Shown: piece after piece, positions 36,101 through 45,348 of the stretch
Layout: every line of letters begins with the position of its first letter
How positions within the stretch are numbered: position 1 is the stretch's first letter
IMG/VR virus record: IMGVR_UViG_3300013947_000027
Coordinates: 38,033-102,032 of that record
Strand: one strand, 5' to 3'
Source: a virus
Taxonomy: Duplodnaviria > Caudoviricetes
Length of the DNA stretch: 64,000 bases
Notes under the pieces: generated by a model
The model's database searches: none
Seen by the model: the letters and a program-made list of their open reading frames with translations, nothing else
What the model was told of the DNA's origin: nothing
Made by a program: the position numbers and the translations under genes

Positions 36101-39100
36101 TGCCATCTGCAAACGCACTAATTCCGGTACCGAACTGCAGGAGACTCTGATTGCCAGCAAAGAAATCTATAACCCCTCCAACACGGTTAAGGTTACTCTG
36201 AAGTTCAGATAGAACACCAGAAGCCTTAACTAGATTCGCGAGGGTATCCGGATTTATAGTTCCACAGCTAGACAGAGTTACCATACCAGTGGCAAACGCT
36301 TCAACACCGTTGCCGAATGTTTCGAGGCTGTTCGAGCCTGCGAAGAAATCAACAACGCCACCGATACGCTCCAAAGAACCCTGCAACTCCGAAAGTTTAT
36401 TCGAAGCTACCACAAGAGTGTCTATAGTGATGGGGTCTACCGAGCTACATTCGCCAAGTGCCTTCATGCCATCAGCAAACGGCACAACACTTGCACCAAA
36501 TGCGCCAAGGTCGTCTCTACCAGTGAACCACTTGATAACGCCGCCAATAGGCTCAATCACACCCTGCAATTCTGCTAACTTTTCAGTAGCAAGAATAACA
36601 GTGCCGAGTGCTGCGGAATCCAAAGTGATACCATCGAGAGTAGTGAGCGCAGTCTTCATAGACTCGATAAATTCGGCTACGTTTTCGCCAAATGTGCCAA
36701 GATCATCTCTACCCTTGAACCAAGAGATAACGCCTCCGATAGGCTCGAGAGAGCTCTGAAGTTCAGCAAGCGCAGTTGCGGCTGTGATAATACATTCAAA
36801 CGCGCCTAGGTCAAGAGTGACATCCTTGAGCGTAGAGAAAGCCATCTTCATAGACTCAATAAACTGAGCTACATTTTCACCAAATGTTGCGAGATCATCT
36901 CTACCCTTGAACCAAGAGATAACGCCTCCAATAGGCTCCAGAGAGCTCTGAAGTTCAGCAAGTGCTTTCGCGGCAATAATAACCGAGTCAAAAGCTTCCT
37001 TGTCAATAGTAACTCCATCAAGAACCTTGAATGCCATCTTCATGGATCTGATGAACGGAACGATACTGTTGCCGAACGACTCAAGGTCTGTTCTACCAGC
37101 AAACCACGAAATAACACCGCCAATAGGTTGCAGAGACTCCTGGAGATCAGCCAGACTCTTAGCCGCTTTTATGATGACTTTAAACGACTTTTCGTCAATG
37201 CTGACATCGGAAGAAACCTTACCGATTTGTTTCATGGCTCTAAAGAATGCCACAGCATCAGTTTCAAACTTCTCCATAGATGTCTGCCCAGAGAACAGAG
37301 AAGTAAAGAGATCTGCAATGGACGTGCCGATAGCAGAACCAGCTAACTGTAGAAGAACACTAATCAGATCTTCAACTCCATCAAAGGATCCGCGCTTAAT
37401 ACCAGATGCGTTTGAGCTAGCAACGGAGAGAGCCGCCATAAATACAGCGATGTCCTCTCCCATTTTGACCAAACCATTGCCAATTCCAGTTGAAATACCA
37501 TTGACAAAGTTTCCGATCATCTTTCCGATACTGCTGCCGATCTTTTCAAGAACTGGCAAGCCTTTATCAAGGAATTTCTCAAGACTCGGGAACTTAGTCA
37601 TCAGAGCACCAACTGCAGTTGCAAAGCCACCCATTATACCCATAAGAGCAGCAAGCCCAGTCATAGCTGTGACACCAATTAGAGCCATCGGACCAACCAG
37701 AGCAATCTTGGTCAGAAGCTCAGTCATTGTGGTCATAAGACCAAGCAGCAGATTAATATTGGTTTCAGCATTCTCGATACCATTCATACGCTTAATAATT
37801 GCAATGAATGTGAGCATCGGAATAGCCATCGCAGTTAGAGCGGCAACACCTAAAATGGCAGGCAAAATTAGCGCGCCGACTAATGTAAGCGGTAACAACA
37901 GAAGTGTAAGTACACTCATGAGAACGACCAGAGCTTTAACATTACCCATGGCATTCTCTACGCCATTCATGGTCTTCAGAACTTTGATGAACACCCACAT
38001 CGGAGCAGCCATAGCAGTAAGCGCAACAACGCCCTTTACTGCGTCCCACACATCAACCTTCATGAGGTCAAGTAGCTTAACAAGTCCTGCCATCGCCGTC
38101 ATTAAGATAATAAGTGCGGCGACATTCTTAATCGAAACCTTAAGGTTTTTCATCGAATACAGAACACCAACAAAAGCAAGCAGAGGAATCACCATCGTAG
38201 CAAGCGAAACGGCTCCCTTAAAAGCTTTCTTAACATCAGCATTCATAGAGCTGAGAACTTTAAGCACGCCAGCCATCGCCAACATGAGAGTCGCCAGAGA
38301 AGCCACAGTCGCAATTGTTGTCTTAGGATTCAGCAAGCCGAGCAAATACATAACGCCAGTAAGAGCAACAATAACTCCAATCATCATGATGATAGGGCCA
38401 ACAGGAACCTTGGTCAGGCCCTTTAGGCTACGCATCATAATTGCAAACATGCCCATCAATACAGCCATTGCACCAACAGCTTTGGCGAGATCCTTATCAT
38501 CAATAAAAGAGAGTGCTGCAACAGAAGCAGCCATAGCAACAATGGAAAAGGTCATCCATTTCATTGCATCTTTAGCATTCTTTGCACCCTTCAGGGAATG
38601 AGCCATGAGCGCCATCATAGCGCTAAGCATACCAACTGCGGTAATTCCCTTTGCCAAACTCCTTATATCAACGAAACTCAGCAAGACACAAACACCGGCC
38701 AAGACTGCAATACCCATAGACATAGCAGTGATTGTCTTAGATACTTCAGCCATTTTCTGCTTATTACTAATCTTAAGAATCTGGACAAGAGATGCAACAA
38801 ATATTAAGAAACCCGCCATAAATGTGCCGCCCTTAATCATGTCGCTGACAGAAAGCAAACCACAGAGTTTACATACTCCAACAAGCATAAGCATTGCGAA
38901 CGAAATACTCGTGATCATCAAACTGATCTTGGCCATTTTCTGTTCACTACTTATCTTTGTGACTTTGACTAATGCAGCTACGAAGATAACAAAGCCGGCA
39001 GCAAAGTTTGCGCCTTTGAACATATCTTCCGCGGTGAGCAAACCAGCAAGTTTGCAAACACCAACCATGAGTGTCATTGCAAATGCCAGTTTAATCATCA

Positions 39101-42100
39101 TGCTGCCAACTTTTTTGATGTCGGGACCAGCACTCTGAGTTGCTTTAACAATATATTTGACAAAGATGGTGAAACCAGCTGCAAAAGCAGCGCCTTTAAG
39201 CATCTGCTCACCAGACAGACTTCCTGCAAGTTTACAGACAATAACCATCAGAAGCATAGCAATAGCTAATTGCTTCATCATCTTGCCAACATCTGCAACA
39301 TCACCAGAGTATCTAGTTATTCTGCCAATCGCTACCACAAATACAAGCATGCCTGCGGCAATCTCAGCAAGAGCTACCATACCTTGCTTGGCTTCTTCTG
39401 GTTTCATGCTGCCGATTAATTTAACAGCTGCAGCAAGCATGAGAATAACTATACCAATCTGCAACAGACCCTGTTTGATTCCGTCAATTTGAGGACCCTT
39501 ACTCCATTTGAGAGACACGGCAGACATTTTGTTCATTACTGCGCCTAAAATAATTAAGACTGCGGCAAGTGCACCGATAACGCCAACTGCATTCCACAAC
39601 TTTTTAGGGTCGTCAATTGTCGCGAGAAGCCAGACGGACGCGGCAAGAATGCCGATAGAAATCGCCATCTTCTTAAGAGCCTCTGCCTTGATATCCCATG
39701 CAGTAGCAGAAAGAACTTTACCGAATTCCTGCATAGTGACACTAGTTTGGTTAATCAGACCAGTTACACTACCGATCAATTCTGCGAACTTTCCAAACGT
39801 GTCAACAAATTTCTTTAAGACAAGAATCATAGAAACAATCGAACCGGCAGCAAAGATCTTGCCCCATTCGATATCTCCATTTTCGTCAGTGATGAAGTCC
39901 CAAAGACTCTTAAACACCTTTACGATTTGTTCGCCAATGGTCTTTAAAACTTTGACAACCCCACTAAAAGCAGTCTTAGCACCATTAATGAAGCCCTGGA
40001 AGAAGTCTTGAGCAATCTCATAAGCCTTCCAAGAAGGCGAATGGACACCTAGCGCAGATGCAAAGTTGGATACGAAGTTGATGCAAAAGTCAACAACTTT
40101 CTTAATGACTCCATGAATACCATCGCCAATTCCATTTTGAAATCCTGCGATAAAATCTTTGCCAATCTGAAGAGCAAGACCGGGAAGAGACTTTATAGCA
40201 TTTGCCAGTCCCTTACCTAGAGATGCGGCAAACTCTCCAATATTAATCTCTCCGCTAGTTAACTTACTAAACTCGGATCGAATAGTTTCAATTGCCGTTA
40301 AGAGTTTCTGAACAGCTGGGGTTTCTTTAAATGCGTCGTACCATTCCCTTATTGCGTTTGCAGCTTTTTGTATAAGCGGAACAATCGCGTCAAGTATACC
40401 TGAAATGTCAAATATAGAATCAAACCAATCGTGAAATGCAACGAGAGCGTCACCGATAGCGGCGGTTACATCGAAGATATTTAAATGGAAGTAGCTTAAG
40501 ATCGAAGACAATATTTTAAAGGCGACTCTAATTCCGCCGCCAAGAATAGTCTTAATAATATCAAGTGCTGCAAATAAACCTTTGAAAGTTCTTGTCAGTT
40601 TCTTAGCTGTTTCTTCACTAGGAATCAACGAAGCAGTAAACTTATGCACTGCCGCTATTGCATTAAAAATTTGTTCGCCTTGTATTGGACTAAATACTTC
40701 TCGCCAAGCCTTACCGATTGAGGTAAATACTTGCATTAAAGCTTTACCGACATTCTTGAAGGAATTCCATAAAAGCCAGCGACCATTAATCTCATCAATA
40801 TTATCTATAAACTCGCCGAGGGGAATACCAAGTTTGTCAGCTTGTGCCCCGAGTTCTTTTAGCGCTTCTATTTGTTCATCAGTATACCCTTTAGATCTAA
40901 GTTGAGCTTCATCCATCTGAGCTAGAAGCTTTAGTTCATTTTTCTGAGCATCGGTAAGTTCGACAGACGCTTTTTCAGACTCTTCTATTGTTTCGGTTGT
41001 CTCTTTTTGCTTCCCTACTAGCTTATCTTGAGCATCTATTTGCTCGTCTGTATATCGAAAACTATTTCCTAATGTCTCATTGACTTTATTTTGAATCTTA
41101 TAGTAGTTTTCGCCAGCTTCAGTCAGTGCGACAAAACGATCGTGTCCATTACCAAAATCGCCACGAATAACTCGGCCGACTATATCGCTAAGATCTGTCA
41201 CGGCACTGGTAACTTTGGTTACCGTTTCTACAGCTTTAGTTGCCGGCTTTAGTATGCCATTAACTTTCTCTCCTAGACTTATAAAGCCTTTACCGAGAGC
41301 ACTCTCTAACAAATTATTTCGTGCATCGGACATCTTGTTAATGATGCTAGTAAAGAAATCAGCTAGCGGAGTTAAAAGCGCTTTAGCCTCTTCAAAGTCG
41401 CCGATAATAATCTGCCAAGTTTTTGCCCAGCCGGACTGAGCAGCTTCCTTCATGACATCCCACAGCTGACTAAAGGTCTTAACCTTAGTAGCTGCATCTG
41501 TGGCAGTTTGGGCCATTTGAAGAACGGACTTAATCTCATCTTTATTTTTGCCAGATTTCTCAGCTAAAGCTTCTGAAGCTTTCTCAATTGCGTCTGCTTC
41601 TCCATACTGAGCTTTTGCGTTATCAAGGGCCGCTTGTACCGCATCTACTGACAGACCCGTATACTCTGCGATATACTCGTTAGCACCAGATTCAGTAAAC
41701 TTCTTAAGGGTTTCGGTAAGAACTTCTGTAGTAAGCCAGCCCTCACTCAATGACTCTCTAAACGAACCACTTGCTTTGATGGCCTCATCTGCACCAGTCC
41801 CTAATAATCTAGAAGTCTCTTTAAGTGCATTTTGAAATACTTCGCCGCCCATACCAGCATTAACAACCGAGTTCCAGTCCATAAGTTTAACCGTACCAGA
41901 CGCTAAAGCCTGGGAAAGCTGATACATTGCCACACTCGCTTGCTGAGATGTCGAACCAGACACGGCTGCCAAGTTTGCGATACCCTGAATCGCGCTTACT
42001 GAAGTATCCAGATCAATGCCAGCCGCAGTAAATGTACCAATATTACGAGTCATTTCGGTGAAGTTGTAAATAGTAAGGTCTGCATATTTATTCAGTTCGT

Positions 42101-42524
42101 CCAATGCGGCAGTTACGTCGTCGATAGTTGTCCCCTTAGATGACGTATTGGCCAAAATAGTTTGAACAGCATTGATCTGAGTTTCGTATTCCTTAAAACC
42201 AGTCTTCACGGGGTCAATGGTTAATGCCGAAATCATACGCTTACCCGCATTGACCGCGGAGTTTGTAATATTAGCAAGTGCAGTTATTCCAATCACTTGA
42301 AGTGCAGAGAACTTAGCGCTTACTGCGTCAACGGCGCCTCCAAGGCTAGACATATTAACTTTCTTAGAAGCCTTGTCAATGTCCTCCAGTCCTTTGGAAG
42401 CGCCAGATAAATTCAATTTTTGTTTAAGTTTATCCAGCGTAGACATGGAAGTTGCGACATTAGATTCGAAATGCTTATTGTCGAATCGCATCTCTACAAC
42501 TCTTTCGTCAACAGTTGTACTCAT
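33192..42524 (-). CDS. Tape measure protein
   Basis: 3110 aa, Ala/Gly-rich and helical, TMP N-terminal domain, hydrophobic middle region and internal repeats. Confidence 0.95.
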   Translation of the reverse strand: MSTTVDERVVEMRFDNKHFESNVATSMSTLDKLKQKLNLSGASKGLEDIDKASKKVNMSSLGGAVDAVSAKFSALQVIGITALANITNSAVNAGKRMISALTIDPVKTGFKEYETQINAVQTILANTSSKGTTIDDVTAALDELNKYADLTIYNFTEMTRNIGTFTAAGIDLDTSVSAIQGIANLAAVSGSTSQQASVAMYQLSQALASGTVKLMDWNSVVNAGMGGEVFQNALKETSRLLGTGADEAIKASGSFRESLSEGWLTTEVLTETLKKFTESGANEYIAEYTGLSVDAVQAALDNAKAQYGEADAIEKASEALAEKSGKNKDEIKSVLQMAQTATDAATKVKTFSQLWDVMKEAAQSGWAKTWQIIIGDFEEAKALLTPLADFFTSIINKMSDARNNLLESALGKGFISLGEKVNGILKPATKAVETVTKVTSAVTDLSDIVGRVIRGDFGNGHDRFVALTEAGENYYKIQNKVNETLGNSFRYTDEQIDAQDKLVGKQKETTETIEESEKASVELTDAQKNELKLLAQMDEAQLRSKGYTDEQIEALKELGAQADKLGIPLGEFIDNIDEINGRWLLWNSFKNVGKALMQVFTSIGKAWREVFSPIQGEQIFNAIAAVHKFTASLIPSEETAKKLTRTFKGLFAALDIIKTILGGGIRVAFKILSSILSYFHLNIFDVTAAIGDALVAFHDWFDSIFDISGILDAIVPLIQKAANAIREWYDAFKETPAVQKLLTAIETIRSEFSKLTSGEINIGEFAASLGKGLANAIKSLPGLALQIGKDFIAGFQNGIGDGIHGVIKKVVDFCINFVSNFASALGVHSPSWKAYEIAQDFFQGFINGAKTAFSGVVKVLKTIGEQIVKVFKSLWDFITDENGDIEWGKIFAAGSIVSMILVLKKFVDTFGKFAELIGSVTGLINQTSVTMQEFGKVLSATAWDIKAEALKKMAISIGILAASVWLLATIDDPKKLWNAVGVIGALAAVLIILGAVMNKMSAVSLKWSKGPQIDGIKQGLLQIGIVILMLAAAVKLIGSMKPEEAKQGMVALAEIAAGMLVFVVAIGRITRYSGDVADVGKMMKQLAIAMLLMVIVCKLAGSLSGEQMLKGAAFAAGFTIFVKYIVKATQSAGPDIKKVGSMMIKLAFAMTLMVGVCKLAGLLTAEDMFKGANFAAGFVIFVAALVKVTKISSEQKMAKISLMITSISFAMLMLVGVCKLCGLLSVSDMIKGGTFMAGFLIFVASLVQILKISNKQKMAEVSKTITAMSMGIAVLAGVCVLLSFVDIRSLAKGITAVGMLSAMMALMAHSLKGAKNAKDAMKWMTFSIVAMAASVAALSFIDDKDLAKAVGAMAVLMGMFAIMMRSLKGLTKVPVGPIIMMIGVIVALTGVMYLLGLLNPKTTIATVASLATLMLAMAGVLKVLSSMNADVKKAFKGAVSLATMVIPLLAFVGVLYSMKNLKVSIKNVAALIILMTAMAGLVKLLDLMKVDVWDAVKGVVALTAMAAPMWVFIKVLKTMNGVENAMGNVKALVVLMSVLTLLLLPLTLVGALILPAILGVAALTAMAIPMLTFIAIIKRMNGIENAETNINLLLGLMTTMTELLTKIALVGPMALIGVTAMTGLAALMGIMGGFATAVGALMTKFPSLEKFLDKGLPVLEKIGSSIGKMIGNFVNGISTGIGNGLVKMGEDIAVFMAALSVASSNASGIKRGSFDGVEDLISVLLQLAGSAIGTSIADLFTSLFSGQTSMEKFETDAVAFFRAMKQIGKVSSDVSIDEKSFKVIIKAAKSLADLQESLQPIGGVISWFAGRTDLESFGNSIVPFIRSMKMAFKVLDGVTIDKEAFDSVIIAAKALAELQSSLEPIGGVISWFKGRDDLATFGENVAQFIESMKMAFSTLKDVTLDLGAFECIITAATALAELQSSLEPIGGVISWFKGRDDLGTFGENVAEFIESMKTALTTLDGITLDSAALGTVILATEKLAELQGVIEPIGGVIKWFTGRDDLGAFGASVVPFADGMKALGECSSVDPITIDTLVVASNKLSELQGSLERIGGVVDFFAGSNSLETFGNGVEAFATGMVTLSSCGTINPDTLANLVKASGVLSELQSNLNRVGGVIDFFAGNQSLLQFGTGISAFADGMKKVSEVGPINQVVFESINAAATSLSELQSNLDRVGGVAAFFAGDNDLGTFGENVRTFMTNMKSAFNSISGITVDTTAFEAINTAATELSKLQGELDRVGGVVAFFAGDNDLGTFGENVKTFMTNMKSALSALDGVTVDDNAFKSVTQAVKDLSDLQKELESPNSIIKFFTGRTDLATFGQNVSLFADGMLKLEQCEGFKVSVMTSLTETAKRLNEFQGKLEGSVGGVISWFKGKEADLGTFGTNISLFADGMLKLEQCEGLKLSTMTSLIETANRLNEFQGKLEGSVGGVVNWFKGKQADLGSFGASIESFANGFIKLKDCEALDPEVIESITTAATKLGEFQSTLEMQVNPIIAFFAGKRESLGEFGADIDVFATAMTKLKDCGGISEEDITSIVSAGTAITEFQKILPTENWFDGKMDLSEFADYVTDFSTAMSEFSKSATEIDTAAVSTVISTAYRIKNFVDSLADFNTDGIEKFTGIGSGGVGADGPAYKIAKAIAAFGDAVDDTDMQKVASTIACARQLRTMIEGLNGFDGSGVDNFKPKQIATEIKNYSDTIKDINSVLVASSINSAIKLKNFIATLTELDSSGIANFKIGSIGTSIKNYSANVSKVNLAQVIASITAADSLKKFISGLATFNSDGVDSFKSSVEKLATVNTTGIVKAFNLASVKMIKSGSNMMTGLIGGMQLKIPQVMSTVNSLTKSIGQAISSKFTTFFDVGQKLAGKLIDGIGKKNSAAKTAGEDLASKASSGIKTKYDSFKNAGKYLGDGLVEGINAKQTAAYNAGYALGKKAVEGEKDGQQSNSPSKATIKAGKWLGEGLIIGIKNMGKSVYNAGENMGTTAINATRSAMTTMLDTLNSNMDAQPTIRPVVDLSDVRSGASAINNMFSGTRGIGVQGNLSAINIAMNRKLQNGSNDDVITAINKLNDGLAANRGDTYNFEGITYDNGDEISNAVQTLVRAAKMGRRV
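34850..37200 (-). repeat. Tandem ~59-64-aa repeats inside the tape measure
   Basis: About a dozen GGVxxW/FFxG..DL.xFG units; near-identical DNA at periods of 180 and 192 nt. Confidence 0.85.
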
Positions 42525-42898
42525 ATCTTAGTGACCTCCTTCCACGCAGCGTCTACGATTTTATTAAAAATAGGCTGGATCGCGGGATTAATATAATCTA
42601 TCCCTTCAACCCAACCTCCGGTTCCAGTTCCGTGCCCATACTGCAGTATGATGGCAATAGGAACTCCTTCATTTATGTGCGAGTTACAAAATACGATACG
42701 AGCCGATCCATTGTTATGTTCAATCTTGTAAAACCATGAGCTAGCTGTTTCGCCCGTATCAACAGGTGTTGCAGACGAAAGGGCGGCTACTCCTTCTCGA
42801 CCGTATTTGTCGAGGATACTTAAACGGGCAGCCTCTTTTACTCTTTCTAAGTAGCGGTTGAGTTTCGAGAAGTCACCCTTTTGTCTGAAACTAATCAT
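42521..42898 (-). CDS. HK97 gp10-like neck/tail protein
   Basis: TPVDTG, LQYGHGT motifs. Confidence 0.7.
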   Translation of the reverse strand: MISFRQKGDFSKLNRYLERVKEAARLSILDKYGREGVAALSSATPVDTGETASSWFYKIEHNNGSARIVFCNSHINEGVPIAIILQYGHGTGTGGWVEGIDYINPAIQPIFNKIVDAAWKEVTKI

Positions 42899-42915
42899 AT
42901 GTTATGTCCCCTTGT

Positions 42916-43464
42916 TTAACCCTTAGTGTTAAGCTGCTTTCTACGAGCAGCATTGAGAGCCGCATTCTGGCTCATGATGTCTCGTTTGCTTCGTTTCTTA
43001 GGAGGAGTGTTCTTAATTCCACACACTCTAATCAAGGTTAATAAACGATTGATATGCCATTTTTCACATACTTCCAGCGGAATATTGGAACTAATCATCC
43101 AGAAATATATAAGTTCTGAGGTAATTACTTCACGATTGTTTCCGCCTTTTTCATCTTTGCTAAATGTAGTGGCCGTCATTGGATCGTTAATATAGTCCAT
43201 GATAGCTTTAACGTTTTCGGAACTTAGATGATTGTATATATCCGAGTCGATATTTCTTGTAAGTGTCATGCACTTTATATAGTCGAGAGTCTCTTCGTCA
43301 GTCATTGGTTTCTTGGAGAAAAAAGGTTTCTTCCATTTTGACTCCCACTTGGAAAGAGAGATGAGAGAATGCTCCAACTGCAACGTCTGAGTTTTAGGCT
43401 CGACAAATTCCTGTTTAACTTCATCCCATCCCTCTGGGCTAATAGGCACAGTGATTGTAAGCAC
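42916..43464 (-). CDS. Tail assembly chaperone-like protein 2
   Basis: Lies between the major tail and tape measure genes; GTG start. Confidence 0.6.
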   Translation of the reverse strand: MLTITVPISPEGWDEVKQEFVEPKTQTLQLEHSLISLSKWESKWKKPFFSKKPMTDEETLDYIKCMTLTRNIDSDIYNHLSSENVKAIMDYINDPMTATTFSKDEKGGNNREVITSELIYFWMISSNIPLEVCEKWHINRLLTLIRVCGIKNTPPKKRSKRDIMSQNAALNAARRKQLNTKG

Positions 43465-43490
43465 TTCTCATCTCTCCATTGTTTTCAAAT

Positions 43491-43892
43491 TTATGCGCCG
43501 GGAAGAGCAGCCTTCTGAGCAAGGTCAGTCGGAACAATACCGTTGACAAACTTAGCAGCTGCATCGGCATCGGTAGCGAGCTCCATGAAGATCTGGGAAT
43601 AAGCCTCAGTCTCCTTGAAGTCATCAGCATAACGAGAGCCATCCGGCTTCACCTTCATGAAACGGCGCCCATCGTCGCTCTTGACACCATAAGCTTTAAG
43701 AACAAGATCCTTGAAAACACGAATGATAGCCGGAGCATCCTTTGCGTCAACGATCTTCTGGATAGAATCGGCCATGCCACCTTCAGTACTCATCTCCATT
43801 TCCATAACCTCAGCCTTGGACAGGTTGAAGTAGAAATTCTCAGTGCGCTCAACGCCGTTATAATCAGTGTAGGTAACAGTCTTCTTAATCAT
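43491..43892 (-). CDS. Tail assembly chaperone
   Basis: Immediately downstream of the major tail gene. Confidence 0.7.
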   Translation of the reverse strand: MIKKTVTYTDYNGVERTENFYFNLSKAEVMEMEMSTEGGMADSIQKIVDAKDAPAIIRVFKDLVLKAYGVKSDDGRRFMKVKPDGSRYADDFKETEAYSQIFMELATDADAAAKFVNGIVPTDLAQKAALPGA

Positions 43893-43997
43893 AGTAATTT
43901 TCTCCTTTTCAAATGATAAAAATAATATAGGTTGTTAATTTAGTGGTAAGAGCCGCCAGCTTACCTGAATACGGCTCTTTGGTTTACTTAGTCAAAA

Positions 43998-44687
43998 TCA
44001 CGCGCTCTCGAACAGAGTCTTGATCTCGTCAGGCAGCGGCAGACGAGCCGCAACAGCGCCAGTCTGGCCATCGCCAGTGCCATCCTTGCCATAGAGAATG
44101 TCTTCCAGTTCAGTCAGCTTCGCCTTCTTGCCTTCCGCAATCTTAGTCGAGTCGATCGTGATCTGAGAAGTCGGCTTAAAACCTGCAACATTCACCGGAG
44201 TGGTGCTGACTTCCCAAGAGAAGGTAATAGCTTCCGGGCTATCGTTGATGGTAGCATAGGCCTTCTCAGAAGGAGCAGCCAGGCAGCCATAGATCAGATG
44301 GAGCTTGTAACCATAGTCATTACCATCCACGTCGTTACCAACAGTAGTCTTATAGCAGAGACCGAAGGTCTTACGCTTCTGCTGACCAAGCATGATGCCA
44401 TCAGCCAGAGCCGCGGAACCATCACATTCTGCGAATTCATCGGGGTAAGTATAAGCCTCGATAGTCGCACCGAACTCCTCAGTGGAGATCAGGTTCAGGT
44501 ACTTAATGTCGTCAGCATAAAGAGCAGTCGCTTCTGCACCAGACGGGCTCTCAGTAACAGCAGTCAGACCGTTCCAAGCAACACCAAGGCTATACTTGCC
44601 ATCGCTCTGAATAGGATAAAGAACGCCCTGCTTTACACCAGTTTCATAATAACGTTCGCCAGTATTGTCCCAAGTAAGTCTAGACAT
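43998..44687 (-). CDS. Major tail protein
   Basis: GVAWNGLTAV, YADDIKY, PLPDE; strongly biased codon use. Confidence 0.9.
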   Translation of the reverse strand: MSRLTWDNTGERYYETGVKQGVLYPIQSDGKYSLGVAWNGLTAVTESPSGAEATALYADDIKYLNLISTEEFGATIEAYTYPDEFAECDGSAALADGIMLGQQKRKTFGLCYKTTVGNDVDGNDYGYKLHLIYGCLAAPSEKAYATINDSPEAITFSWEVSTTPVNVAGFKPTSQITIDSTKIAEGKKAKLTELEDILYGKDGTGDGQTGAVAARLPLPDEIKTLFESA

Positions 44688-44701
44688 AATATTGTCCTCC
44701 C

Positions 44702-45007
44702 TTAATAGTAGATTGTAAGTACATCGTGGTTTAAATTGTCAGCAACATAGTGTCGATCATAACTGCAATACGGCAAAGCGAGCAGCTTCTTAATGACCGG
44801 ATGGTCAGGTCTCTTAGCGATAACTGTTAAATCATAGCAGTCTCGCATTGAGTACTTGCCATCATTTGCACTAGTAGTTGTAATTCGCTTCTTAGAGTAT
44901 CTAATCGCATCATATTGCATTTTTACGGATTCCGGAGGTTGATAGTAAACATTCTTGCTGCCTAGAAGTTCTTCTAGCAAACTATTAAGTTCTACACGAT
45001 CAGCCAT
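44702..45007 (-). CDS. Tail terminator / completion protein
   Basis: NVYYQPP...IRY; GGAGG RBS before MADRV. Confidence 0.7.
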   Translation of the reverse strand: MADRVELNSLLEELLGSKNVYYQPPESVKMQYDAIRYSKKRITTTSANDGKYSMRDCYDLTVIAKRPDHPVIKKLLALPYCSYDRHYVADNLNHDVLTIYY

Positions 45008-45314
45008 TGTATACACCTCCGAGTGAGAGAATGAGTCGAGGACGCCTCGGTTCAACAGTGTTAACTTTCCATTTGACGCCACCAAACTCAACATACCGGA
45101 TGGAGTGAAAATGAAGTTCAGCATACGGATCCGCGACTACACTGAGCTCTACAGATACGTCCCGATCATCATTCACATTACCGGAAACCCGGAATTTGCT
45201 AGAGTTCTTGACTAATTCACCGTAATAAGAGCGGACAGTCTCTTGCTCTTCCCAGATGCCGGGCTCTACTTCGACAGTCTCAACATAGCCAACTTTTCCA
45301 TACCATTTGTTCAT
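45000..45314 (-). CDS. Head-tail joining (stopper) protein
   Basis: Follows the capsid gene; PGIW, ADPYA, PRLIL. Confidence 0.7.
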   Translation of the reverse strand: MNKWYGKVGYVETVEVEPGIWEEQETVRSYYGELVKNSSKFRVSGNVNDDRDVSVELSVVADPYAELHFHSIRYVEFGGVKWKVNTVEPRRPRLILSLGGVYNG

Positions 45315-45348
45315 TCATTTTCACTCCCATTTTGAATTTTATAGAAGA

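Noticed and set aside
42916-43892. Programmed -1 frameshift joining the two tail chaperones
   Set aside because: The second ORF has an in-frame TGA two codons upstream of its GTG start and its own RBS, so a G/GT-type fusion is not possible.
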